The notes beneath the pieces were generated by a model, which worked only from the letters and a program-made list of their open reading frames with translations, searched no databases and had not been told where the DNA came from. The translations under genes were made by a program, and so were the position numbers. Of a stretch of DNA of 64,000 nucleotides, positions 11,991 through 24,424 are shown piece after piece. How positions within the stretch are numbered: the stretch's first letter is position 1; each line of letters begins with the position of its first letter. Source of the stretch: Mobula hypostoma (taxonomy: Eukaryota); contig NC_086101.1 of assembly GCF_963921235.1 (NCBI RefSeq), positions 5,644,001 through 5,708,000 of the forward strand, in the 5' to 3' direction.

Positions 11991-12224
11991 TCTTCTTCTC
12001 CTCCGCACTCTGGGTAAATCTCATGGGTAAATCCCTCTCCACCATTGGGCAAATCCATATGAAATGCTGCCACAGGAAAGCAGCGTCCATCATCAGAAAT
12101 CCCCACCGCCCAGGACACGCTCTCTTCTCACTGCTGCCATCAGGCAGGAGGTACAGGAGCCTCAGGACCCACACCACCAGGTTCAGGAACAGTTATTACC
12201 CCTCAAGCATCAGGGAATAACTCC

Positions 12225-13084
12225 ACAGGCTGAATGAGTGGGCAGATGCATGGCAGATGCAGTTTAATATGGATAAATGTGAGGTTATCCATTTTGGTGG
12301 TAAGAACAGGAAGGCAGATTATTATCTAAATGGAGTCAAGTTAGGAAAAGGGGAAATACAATGAGATCTAGGTTTCTTGTACATCAGTCACTGAAAGCAA
12401 GCATGCAAGTACAGCAGGCAGTGAAGAAAGCTAATGGCATGCTGGCCTTCATAACAAGGGGAATTGAGTATTAGAGCAAAGAGGTCCTTCTGCAGCTGTA
12501 CAGGGCCCTGATGAGACCACACCTGGAGTACTGTATACAGTTTTGGTCTCCAAATTTGAGGAAGGACATTCTTGCTATTGAGGGAGTGCAGCGTAGGTTC
12601 AGAAGGTTAATTCCCGGGATGGCGGGACTGTCATATGTCGAAAGATTGGAGCGAATGGGCTTGTATACTCTGGAATTTAGAAGGGTGAGATGGGATCTTA
12701 TTGAAACATATAAGATTATTAAAGGATTGGACATGCTGGAGGCAGGAAGCATGTTCCCGCTGATGGGTGAGTCCAGAACCAAAGGCCACAGTTTAAGAAT
12801 TAGGGGTAGGCCATTTAGAACGGAGTTGAGGAAAAATTTTTTCACCCAGAGAGTGGTGGATTTATGGAATGCTCTGCCCCAGAAGGCTGTGGAGGCCAAG
12901 TCTCTGGATGCTTTCAAGAAAGAGATAGATAGAGCTCTTCAAGATAGTGGAATCAAAGGTTATGGGGATAAGGCAGGAACTGGATACTGATTGTGGATGA
13001 TCAGCCATGATCACAGTGAATGGCGTCGCTGGCTCGAAGGGCCGAATGGCCTACTCCTGCACCTATTGTCTATTGTCTATTGTC
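12225..13084 (+). mobile_element. CR1 LINE 3' fragment
   Basis: ORF 12511-12990 RPHLEYCIQFWSP...FFTQRVVDLWNALP; (CTATTGT)n tail; sits inside a Rex 3' relic. Confidence 0.9.
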
Positions 13085-13335
13085 ACTCAACTTCACTTGC
13101 CCCATCATTGAAATGTTCCCATTCCTATGGACTTACTTTCAAGGACTCTTCATCTCAAGTTCTTGATATTTATTTATTATTATTATTATTATTATTTATT
13201 TCTTTTTGTATTTGACCAGCTTGTTGTCTTTTGCCTAGTTGCTGTGGTCTTTCATCGATTCTATTCTGGTTATTATTCTATTCTGGATTCGCCATGAATG
13301 CCCACAAGGAAATGAATAATTACATGGTGACATAT

Positions 13336-15826
13336 ATAGAAACATAGAAACATAGAATATTGGTGCAGGAGTAGGCCATTCGGCCCTTCGAGCCTGCACC
13401 GCCATTTATTATGATCATGGCTGATCATCCAACTCAGTACCCCGCCCCAGCCTTCCCTCCATACCCCCTGACCCCTGTAGCCACAAGGGTCATATCTAAC
13501 TCCCTCTTAGATATAGCTAATGAACTGGCCTCAACTGTCTCCTGTGGCAGAGAATTCCACAGATTCACCACTCTCTGTGTGAAGAAGTTTTTCCTAATCT
13601 CGGTCCTAAAAGGCTTCCCCTCTATCCTCAAACTGTGGCCCCTCGTTCTGGACCTCCCCAACATCGGGAACAATCTTCCTGCATCTAGCCTGTCCAATCC
13701 CTTTAGGATCTTATACGTTTCAATCAGATCCCCCCTCAATCTTCTAAATTCCAACGAGTACAAGCCCAGTTCATCCAGTCTTTCTTCATATGAAAGTCCT
13801 GCCATCCCAGGAATCAATCTGGTGAACCTTCTTTGTACTCCCTCTATGGCAAAGATGTCTTTCCTCAGATTAGGGGACCAAAACTGCACACAATACTCCA
13901 GGTGTGGTCTCACCAAGGCCTTGTACAACTGCAGTAGTACCTCCCTGCTCCTATACTCGAATCCTCTCGCTATAAATGCCAGCATACCATTCGCCTGCTG
14001 TACCTGCATGCCCACTTTCAATGACTGGTGTATAATGACACCCAGGTCTCGTTGCACCTCCCCTTTTCCTAATCGGCCACCATTCAGATAATAATCTGTT
14101 TTCCTATTTTTGCCACCAAAGTGGATAACTTCACATTTATCCACATTAAATTGCATCTGCCATGAATTTGCCCACTCACCCAACCTATCCAAGTCACCCT
14201 GCATCCTCTTAGCATCCTCCTCACAGCTAACACTGCCACCCAGCTTCGTGTCATCCGCAAACTTGGAGATGCTGCATTTAATTCCCTCATCCAAGTCATT
14301 AATATATATTGTAAACAACTGGGGTCCCAGCACTGAGCCTTGCGGTACCCCACTAGTCACTGCCTGTCATTCTGAAAAGGTCCCGTTTATTCCCACTCTT
14401 TGCTTCCTGTCTGCTAACCAATTCTCCACCCACACCAATACCTTACCCCCAATACTGTGTGCTTTAAGTTTGCACACTAATCTCCTGTGTGGGACCTTGT
14501 CAAAAGCCTTTTGAAAATCCAAATATACCACATCCACTGGTTCTCCCCTATCCACTCTACTAGTTACATCCTCAAAAAATTCTATGAGATTCGTCAGACA
14601 TGATTTTCCTTTCACAAATCCATGCTGACTTTGTCCGATCATTTCACCGCTTTCCAAATGTGCTGTTATCACATCCTTGATAACTGACTCCAGCAGTTTC
14701 CCCACCACCGATGTTAGGCTAACTGGTCTATAATTCCCCGGTTTCTCTCTCCCTCCTTTTTTAAAAAGTGGAGTTACATTAGCCACCCTCCAATCCTCAG
14801 GAACTAGTCCAGAATCTAACGAGTTTTGAAAAATTACCACTAATGCATCCACTATTTCTTGGGTTACTTCCTTAAGCACTCTGGGATGCAGACCATCTGG
14901 CCCTGGGGATTTATCTGCCTTCAATCCCTTCAATTTACCTAATACCACTTCCCTACTAACATGTATTTCGCTCAGTTCCTCCATCTCACTGGACCCTCTG
15001 TCCCCTACTATTTCTGGAAGATTATTTATGTCCTCCTTAGTGAAGACAGAACCAAAGTAATTATTCAATTGGTCTGCCATGTCCTTGCTCCCCATAATCA
15101 ATTCACCTGTTTCTGTCTGCAGGGGACCTACATTTGTCTTTACCAGTCTTTTCCTTTTTACATATCTATAAAAGCTTTTACAGTCCGTTTTTATGTTCCC
15201 TGCCAGTTTTCTCTCATAATCTTTTTTCCCCTTACTAATTAAGCCCTTTGTCCTCCTCTGCTGAACTCTGAATTTCTCCCAGTCCTCAGGTGAGCCACTT
15301 TCTCTGGCTAATTTGTATGCTTCTTCTTTGGAATTGATACTATCCCTAATTTCTCTTGTCAGCCACGGGTGCACTACCTTCCTTGATCTATTCTTTTGCC
15401 AAACTGGGATGAACAATTGTTGTAGTTCATCCATGTAACCTTTAAATGCTTGCCATTGCATATCCACCATCAATCCTTTAAGTGTCATTTGCCAGTCTAT
15501 CTTAGCTAATTCACGTCTCATACCTTCAAAGTTACCCCTCTTTAAGTTCAGAACCTTTGTTTCTGAATTAACTATGTCACTCTCCATCTTAATGAAGAAT
15601 TCCACCATATTATGGTCACTCTTACCCAAGGGGCCTCTCACGACAAGATCGCTAATTAACCCTTCCTCATTTCTCAATACTCAGTCTAGAATAGCCTGCT
15701 CTCTAGTTGTTTCCTCGACATGTTGGTTCAAAAAACCATCCTGCATACATTCCAAGAAATCCTCTTCCTCAGCACCTTTACCAATTTGGTTCACCCAATC
15801 TACATGTAGATTGAAGTCACCCATTA
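13336..15826 (-). mobile_element. Young 5'-truncated CR1 LINE (ORF2: endonuclease end + RT)
   Basis: ORFs 14367-15677 and 13434-14360 are in the same frame, split by one TGA; LGKSDH, KSPGPDG, YRPVSLTS, YLDFQKAFD, GVPQGSVLGP, KFADD; (TTCTATGT)n tail at 13336-13356. Confidence 0.95.
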
Positions 15827-15844
15827 TATGTACTTTGAACTTTG

Positions 15845-16128
15845 AACTTTCTCACTTGTCTATCACCTTCCCCGGGCTGCCTCTCCTTCCATTTCTCCTA
15901 TGGTCTGCTCTCTTCTCCAGCCCTTTATCTGCCGCACTCACCTGGCTTCACCTATCACCTTCCAGCTATCTTCCTACCTACCCCTCCCACCAGCTTTCTA
16001 TTCTGGCATCTTCCCCCTTCCTTTCCAGTCCCGAGGAACGGTCTTGGGCTGAAACATCGACTGTTTATTCATTTCCATGGACGCTGCCTGACCTGCTGAG
16101 TTCCTCCAGCGTTTTTTGTGTTGCACTA
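15845..16128 (+). mobile_element. PLE 3' UTR fragment with decayed hammerhead (16026-16063)
   Basis: Similarity to other PLE ends; gctgcctgacctgctgagttcctccagc. Confidence 0.75.
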
Positions 16129-17198
16129 ACATGAAGTGTGTGCTGGAGCATTTCAGCAGGTTCGGGACACTGGGGTGTGTGGGGGTTTTGAGCAGGATTT
16201 CTGCACACTGCTGTGTGTTAGAGCTCTCAGCAGCATTTTGAACATTGGTGAATGTTGGAGCACTGAGGTTTTGCCCGTATACCACAGGCAAAACCATGTT
16301 TATTCCCATCTGCAGAAAGTATTCCTGCAAAAGTATCATTGGTTGCAAACTGAAGGTTTTGAACCAACAGTGAGTGAATACCTGTGGGGCAGTGGCTTGA
16401 CACAGAGGAGGGAACTTCAAAACAGTCGAATGTTTATTAGTGTTAAACAATTTCAGCAAAATATTGAAGATTTATCGACACCTTTCGATGAAGTGGGCAG
16501 AGTAGGCGGTTGATGGTGTAGCAATTAGAGATGCAGCTTTGCAGCTCAGTAAAACAAGGTTCAATCGAGGTTCCTGGGTCTCAACATCTCTGAGGATCTA
16601 TCCTGGGCCCAACATACCAATGCAGTCACAAAGAAGGCACAACAGCGGCTATATTTCGTTAGGAGTCTGACGAGATTTGGTGTGTCACCAGAGACACTTG
16701 CAAGTTTCTACAGATGTACTGTGGAGAGCATTCTAACTGGTTGCATCACTGTCTGGTATGGAGGGGCCTCTGCACAGGATCGGAAAAGGCTGCACAAAGT
16801 TGTAAACTCAGCCAACTCCATCATGGGCACTGGCCTCCTCAGCATCGAGAAAACCTCCAAAAGGCAGCACCCGTCACTAAGGACCCCATCACCTAGGTCA
16901 TGCCCTCTTCTCTTTGCTACCATCAGGGAGGAGGTACAGGAGCCTGAAGGTGCACACTCGATGATTCGGGAACAGCTTCTTTTCCTCTGCCATCCGATTT
17001 GTGAACAAATATTGGAACTATGAACATTACCTCGCTACATTGTTTTGCATAATGTGGTTTTTATTCTCTGCACATTGAGTGTTAGACTCTTTTTTTAGAT
17101 ATATGAGGTTTGTTTTGGAGTTTCTTTGTTTCGTGGCTGCTTGTTAGGAGACAAATCTTAAGGCTGTATAATGTATACATACTTTGATAATAAATGTA

Positions 17199-17707
17199 AC
17201 ACAACACGCTGGAGGAACTCAGCAGGTCGGGCAGCATCCGTGGAAAAGATCGGTCGACAATTCGGGCCGGAACCCTTCGTCAGGACTGTAGAGGGAAGGG
17301 GCAGAGATCCTATAAAGAAGGTGGGGGGAGGGTGGGAAGGAGAAGGCTGGTAGGTTCCAGGTGAAAAACCAGTAAGGGGAAAGATAAAGGGGTGGGGAGG
17401 GGAAGCAGGGAGGTGATAGGCAGGAAAGGTGAAGAAGGAATAGGGGAGTAGAAGGAGGTGGAACCATGAGGGAGGTGGTAGGCAGTTGGGGGAGGGGTAG
17501 AGTGACATAGGGATAGGGGAAGGGAGGGGGAGGGAATTACCGGAACTTGCAGAATTCTATGTTCATACCAAGGGGCTGGAGACTACCTAGACGGTATATG
17601 AGGTGTTGCTCCTCCAACCTGAGTTTAGCCTCATCAGGGCAGTAGAGAAGGCCATGTATGTTGTGAGTGTTGCTTTGACCCCAGCATCTGCAGATTATTT
17701 TGTGTTG
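17199..17707 (-). mobile_element. Short inverted PLE insertion
   Basis: Minus arm 17199-~17660 (hammerhead variant 17251-17288), short plus-strand tail 17661-17707; TSD TTGATAATAA(A/G)TGTA at 17184-17198 and 17708-17722. Confidence 0.85.
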
Positions 17708-18967
17708 TTGATAATAAGTGTACTTTGAACTTTAAATCATCCAAACATACATTGTAATGTAACATTTAATTCCACATCCATAAATGATAAATATTCTAAT
17801 TTAAAAGATTACCTTTAAATTATCAAAACACGTAGTGACATCTGTCACTTGTGTCAAATCAAATCAGCAGATGATCAGCTGATTAGCAAATCAGCCTGCA
17901 AAATAGCAAAATAGCACAATTTAGTAACCCTAACCTGTACGTCTTTGGGATGTGGGAGGAAACTGGAGCAACATGGGAGACCCACAAGTCCTGGGGAGAA
18001 TATACAAACTCCCCACTGATAGCAGTGGGAATTGAACTCTGATCTTACAGCTGGTGTTGTAAAGCATGATACAAACTGTTATGTTCCTGTGCCACCCCCT
18101 TCACATCCTGGACACCATGAACACATCTGCTCAGGTGAAGGTCAAAGTAAATTTATTATTAAAGTATGTGTATGTCATCATATTCTATCCTGATTTCATT
18201 TTCTTTCCGGCATTGCCCTGGAAAATAAAAGAAATATAGTAGCATTTATGAAAAGCTATACAAAAATGGAGGCTGGCAAACAACCAATGTGCAAAGGAAG
18301 ACAAATTGTTCAAATAAAAAAAAAGTAATACTGATAACATGAGTTGTAAGGAGTCTTTGAAAGTGAATCTGTAGGTTGTTCAGTTCAGAGTTCAGGTGAG
18401 TGAAGTTAGAAGTGAGAAGAGAGCATAGCCTGGACGGTGGGAATCCTTGTTGATGGATGGAACTTTCTTTGATCCATCCGAGTGGCAAGTAACACATTGA
18501 TTTCAGTTCACCGATGGCCAATGGTGTCTGATGAGGAACTACTGCTCCTGGTGTTGACATGGGATTCTAGGACAACACTTGCCCTCTTGAGTGAACATAA
18601 TTAAACCCCTCAGCTAATGTCACTAAAACAGATTGGCTGGTTATCATCACATATATAATTTCTGAGTGATGACTCTGCATCTGTAGTCGCTAGAATACAG
18701 AGAGATCCCACTGAGACATTCTGAACAGAGTGGATGTGGAGAGGATGTTTCCGATAGCGGAGGCCTCCAGGACCAGAGAGTACAGCCTTGGGGGGCATGC
18801 CCATTGTCTCCCTGTGGTGCTCCTCCACCCCCACCCCACTCTTTTTATATTTCTCCCACGGCCTTCTGTGTCTTTCACCAATCAACTTCCTAGCTCTTTG
18901 CTTCATCCCACCCCCTCCAAGTTTCACCTATCACCTGGTGATTCTCTCTCCCCTTCCCCTCACCTTT

Positions 18968-21247
18968 CATAGTCATAGTCATACTTTATTGATCCCGGGG
19001 GAAATTGGTTTTTGTTACAGTTGCACCATAAATAATAAATAGTAATAAACCATAAATAGTTAAATAGTAATATGTAAATTATGCCAGTAAATTATGAAGT
19101 AAGTCCAGGACCAGCCTATCGGCACAGGGTGTCTGACCCTCCAAGGGAGGAGTTGAAAGTTTGATGGCCACAGGCAGGAATGACTTCATATGACGCTCTG
19201 TGCTGCATCTCGGTGGAATGAGTCTCTGGCTGAATGTACTCCTGTACCCAACCAGTACATTATGTAGTGGATGGGAGACATTGACCAAGATGGCATGCAA
19301 CTTAGACAGCATCCTCTTTTCAGACACCACCGTCAGAGAGTCCAGTTCCATCCCCACAACATCACTGGCCTTATGAATGAGTTTGCTGATTCTGTTGGTG
19401 TCTGCTACCCTCAGCCTGCTGCCCCAGCACACAACAGCAAACATGATAGCACTGACCACCACAGACTCGTAGAACATCCTCAGCATCGTCCGGCAGATGT
19501 TAAAGGACCTCAGTCTTCTCAGGAAGTAGAGACAGCTCTGACCCTTCTTGCAGACAGCCTCTGTTCTTTGACCAGTCCAGTTTATTGTCAATTTGTATCC
19601 CCAGGTATTTGTAATCCTCCACCACGTCCACACTGACCCCCTGGATGGAAACAGGGGTCACCGGTACCTTAGCTCTCCTCAGATCTACCACCAGCTCCTT
19701 AGTCTTTTTCACATTAAGCTGCAGATAATTCTGCTCACACCATGTGACAAAGTTTCCTACCGTAGCCCTGTACTGAGCCTCATCTCCCTTGCTGATGCAT
19801 CCAACTACGGCAGAATCATCTGAAAACTTCTGAAGATGACAAGACTTTGTGCAGTAGTTGAAGTCTGAGGTGTAAATGGTGAAGAGAAAGGGAGACAAGA
19901 CAGTTCCCTGTGGAGCCCCAGTGCTGCTGATCACTCTGTCGGACACACAGTGTTGCAAGCACACGTACTGTGGTCTGCCAGTCAGGTAATCAAGAATCCA
20001 TGACACCAGGGGAGCATCCACCTGCATCGCTGTCAGCTTCTCCCCCAGCAGAGCAGGGCGGATGGTGTTGAATGCACTGGAGAAGTCAAAAAACATGACC
20101 CTCACAGTGCTTGCTGGCTTGTCCAGGTGGGCGTAGACACGGTTCAGCAGGTAGACGATGGCATCCTCAACTCCTAGTCGGGGCTGGTAGGCGAACTGGA
20201 GGGGATCTAAGTGTGGCCTGACCATAGGCCGGAGCAGCTCCAGAACAAGTCTCTCCAGGGTCTTCATGATGTGGGAGGTCAATGCCACCAGTCTGTAGTC
20301 ATTGAGGCCGCTGGGGCGCGGTGTCTTCGGCACAGGGACGAGGCAGGACGTTTTCCACAGTACAGGAATCCTCCGGAGCCTCAGGCTCAGGTTGAAGACA
20401 TGGCGAAGTACTCCACATAGCTGAGGGGCACAGGCTTTGAGCACCCTGGTACTGACACCATCCGGTCCTGCAGCCTTGCTTGGGTTGAGACGTTTCAGCT
20501 GTCTTCTCACCTGTTCAGCTGTGAAGCCCACCGTGGTGGTTTCGTGTGGGGAAGGGGTATAGTCATGAGAGCAGGGTGGGGGACTGTGAGGAGGGGTAGG
20601 AGGGGAGAGTGGAATATGTGTTGATGGGGGGCCGACAACAGGTGGCTCATATGGGGGATGGGCAGGGGTCACAATGTCAAATCTGTTAAAGAACAGGTTA
20701 AGTTCGTTGGCCCTGTCCGCACTGCCCTCAGCTCCTCTGTTGCTAGTTTGCCGGAACCCAGTGATGGTCCTCATCCCCCTCCAGACCTCTCTCATGTTGT
20801 TCTGCTGGAGTTTCCACTCAAGCTTCCTCCTGTACCTGTCTTTAGCCTCCCTGATCCTGGCTTTCAGGTCCCTCTGTATTGCCTTCAGCTCCTCCCTATT
20901 TCCATCTCTAAACGCCCTCTTTTTAGCGTTCAGGATGTCCTTAATGTCCTTTGTTACCTATGGCTTGTTATTTGAATAACAAAGGACAGTTCTTTTAGGA
21001 ACATTGCAGTCCACACAGAAGTTGATGTAATCAGTGATGCACTCTGTGAGCCCATCAATATCCTCTCCATGTGGCTCACAGAGTGCCTGCCAGTCTGTCA
21101 CCTCAAAACAACCCTGGAGTGCCTCATAGGCCTCCTCCGACCATTTCCTCACTATCCTCGAGGCTGCAGCTTTACTCTTCACCAGAGGCACGTAGCAGGG
21201 TTTTAGATGCACCAGGTTGTGATCTGACCTTCCCAGTGGGGGGAGTG
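18968..21247 (-). mobile_element. Rex1/Babar LINE, 5'-truncated
   Basis: GRSDHNLV (endonuclease end), KAAGPDG, ALTSHIMK, QFAY, FFDFSSAFNTI, GAPQGTVLSPFLF, KFSDD; (TATGAC)n tail; splits a PLE UTR (~18798-18967 and ~21250-21410). Confidence 0.9.
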
Positions 21248-21414
21248 GAAAGAATCTACTCCTCAGCTTCTTTTCTTCCGTCCTGCCAAGGGTTTCGGTC
21301 CGAAACATTGACTGTGCTTTTCTCCATAGAAGCCGCCTGGCCTGCTGAACTCCTCTGTTTTTGTGTGTGTGGCTCGGATTTCCAGCATCTGCAGATGTTC
21401 TCTTGTTTGCTATA

Positions 21415-22250
21415 ACGAGAAGTTGGACAAACTTGGGTTGTTTTCTCTGGGGTGGTGGAGGCTGAGGGGAGATCTGACAGAGGTTTATAAGATCATGCGA
21501 AGCACAGATAGAGCAGACAAACAATATGATTTCTAAGGATTGAAATGTCTAATACCAGCAGGCACGCATTTAAGGTGAGATGGAGTAAGTTCAAAGGAGA
21601 TATGAGGACAGAGTTTCTTTTCCACAGAGAGTGGTGGGTGTCTGCAATAACCTGCCTGGGGTGGTGGTGGAGGATGTGCTGACATTAGAGGGGCTTTAGA
21701 GGAAGTTCACAAGAATGATTCTGGGAATGAAAGGGTTACCATATGAGGACTGATTGATGGCTTTGGTCTTGTACTCACTGGAATCCAGAAGAATGAGGGA
21801 GGATCTCATAAAAACCTATTGAATATTGAAATACATTGATAAATTGGATGTGGACAGGATGCTTCCCATGGTGGGGGAGTCTAGGACCACAGGGCACCAC
21901 CTTAAGATAGAGGTCTGACCATTTAGAATGGAGATGAGGAGGAATTTCATTCGCCAGGAGGAATTTGATTCCACAGGCGGCTGCGGAGGCCAAGTCTTTA
22001 TGTATATTTAAGGCAGAGGTTGATAGGTTCTTGTTTCGCAGGGCATGAAGGGTTATGTGGAGAAGACAGGAGATTGGGGCTCAGAGGAAAATTGGATCAG
22101 CCATGATGAAATGGTGGAGCGGACTTGATGGGCCAAATGGGCCAATCCTACTCCTGTATCTTATGGTCTTATATTAGGGACATTTAAGAGGTGTTTAGAT
22201 AGGCCTATGACTGTGAGGAAAATGGAAGGATATAGACATTGTGTAGGTAG
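21415..22250 (+). mobile_element. Two nested CR1 3' fragments (inner ~21690-22170)
   Basis: CR1 C-terminal coding remnants; inner copy ends tcttatggtcttat. Confidence 0.75.
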
Positions 22251-22257
22251 AAGAGAT

Positions 22258-23297
22258 TTGTCAGCTATGTAGAACAGTCTATGTTCAAAGTCTTCCCCAG
22301 TCATACTCCACAACTCCTCCTCGGCATCCATTTCCCATAATCTGCAACTCATCCATCTTCAGTAATAGTGATAGATTTCCTCTTGTCCTTTACCTACCAC
22401 CCCCTAAACCTCTGCACACGAAACATCATCCTCTGCAACTTCTGCCGTCTCCAAAGGGATCCTACCACGAATCTTATCGTTACCTCCCCTCCTCCCCCTG
22501 CTTTCATCCCTTGTCCATTCATCCCTCACCAATAATCTCCCTCCAGGCACTTAACCCTGCAAGCAGCCCAAGTGCTCCACTTGCCCCTACACCTCCTTCC
22601 TCAGCTCCACTCAGGGCCCCAGATAGTCCTTCCAGGTGAGGCAACACTTCTGCTGTGAATCTGATGGGGTTGTCTAATGTGTCTGGTGCTCCGAGATCTG
22701 GCCTCCTCTACAATGGTGAGACCGCTGGAAAATTGGGAGACCGCTTTGTTGATCGCCTCTGCACCATCCACCACAAGTGGGACGTCCCGATGGACAAGCA
22801 TTTTAATTCCAGTTCCCATTCCTGGTCTGATGCGTCAATCCATGGCCTCCTCTTGCTTCTCCTCCTCTCCTCCAGGCGGAGGAGAAACACGTTATATTCT
22901 GTCTGCATACTCTCCAACCTGACGACAGGAAGATCCGTTTCTCCTTCCAGTGAACAAAAATTCCCTCCCCACTTCTAGTCCCCACTCTGACCTTTAACTT
23001 CTTCTCACCTGCTTATTACTTCCCCCCGGGCCCCCTCCTTCTTCCCTTTCTCCTTTTGAGCAATCTTCTGCCTATCAGATTCTTTCTTCTCCAGCCCTTG
23101 TCATTTCCCACCTACCTGGCTTCACCGAACACCTTCCGGCCAGCCTCCTTCCCTTGCCCCCTCTTTTTAATTCAGTCATCTCGCCCTTTCCCTCCCAGTC
23201 CTGAAGAAGGGTCTTGGCCCAAAACGTCAACTGTTGACTCTTTTCCATAGATGCTGCCTGACCTGCTGAGTTCCTCCAGCATTTTGTGTGTGTTGCT
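22258..23297 (+). mobile_element. Decayed PLE (RT end, GIY-YIG, UTR, hammerhead 23197-23234)
   Basis: GLLYNGET..LGDRF; cagtcCTGAAGAagggtcttggcccAAAACGTCaactg. Confidence 0.85.
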
Positions 23298-24424
23298 TCA
23301 GTCAGCTATTTGATTACTAATTTACTTGGTTCAGCACAACACTGTGGGCCGGAGGCCCTGTTGTTGTGGGTGCACTGTTCCATGTTCCATGTTCTCTCCC
23401 AGTTCAGCATCACATATCCCTGGGCTGGTGACCTCGGGCCAGGTTTATCAGTCACTATAGCTGAACCTACAGTCATTCCTGTCTGCTTTCCAACAGTAAG
23501 GAAGAACCCATCTTCAGTGCAGCCCACGGGACGTGAAGGTTTGTGTCATCACGGCGGCTTGGCAGTCAGCATGCACGATTGCTGCTTGGGGCATTGGAGC
23601 CCAGAATTGCACCGTTCTCCCCTCCCCCCCCCCGTACATTCCTCCCTTGTGCCCATGAGTTTCCTCTGGGTGCTCCGGTTTCCTCGCACAGTGCAAAGAT
23701 GTACTGCTTAGATGTTCATTGTAAATTGTACTCTGATTAAAGTAGGCGAGGTTTAAATTGGTGCGTTGCTCGGCAACGCAGCTCGGTGGGCTGTAACAGC
23801 CTGCCTCGGGATCGCCCAATGGCTCGGGGGCCTGTAGTGGTCCATTTAGCGGGTTAATGAAACATTGAAGTATACATTTGAATGCATTATTTGAAATATA
23901 CAGTCAATGCACCATTTTGTATCAACAACCAACACAGTCTGGGGGCAGCCCAAAAGTGCCACCAGGCTTCCAGTGACATCATATCGCACCCACGCCTTAC
24001 TGATCCTGACCTGTATGTGTTTGGAAAGTGGGAGAAAATGGGAGCACGCGGGGATGCCCATCCAGTGACAGAGAGAACGTGGAAACCGCTTACAGTCACT
24101 GGCGGGAAATGAGCCCCCTCACCTAACCGTTACGTTACCATGGCGCCCGGTGAGGTCGCTGATTCATAAAGATTTTCCAATAATATGAACCCTAATGTAG
24201 ATGGTAATGTAGAGTCCACGGTTAAACAGTACCTTTTTGTGCTTCTGCAGCGAATTCACATTTTTCAACTTAACAGGAAATAGCAGTGATAGAAAAATGT
24301 TCAGAATTTGAATAGAAGCATTTTTAAAAAATGGGCCATGGTATTAGCTTTCCATCCAAGTTATACGTTGCATTCCTCTCTTTGTCATCGGACAATGAGA
24401 TAGCTCACTCAGTCCGACAATGGA

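Noticed and set aside
13411..14514. Plus-strand ORFs of 226 and 134 aa
   Set aside because: Antisense frames of CR1 ORF2.
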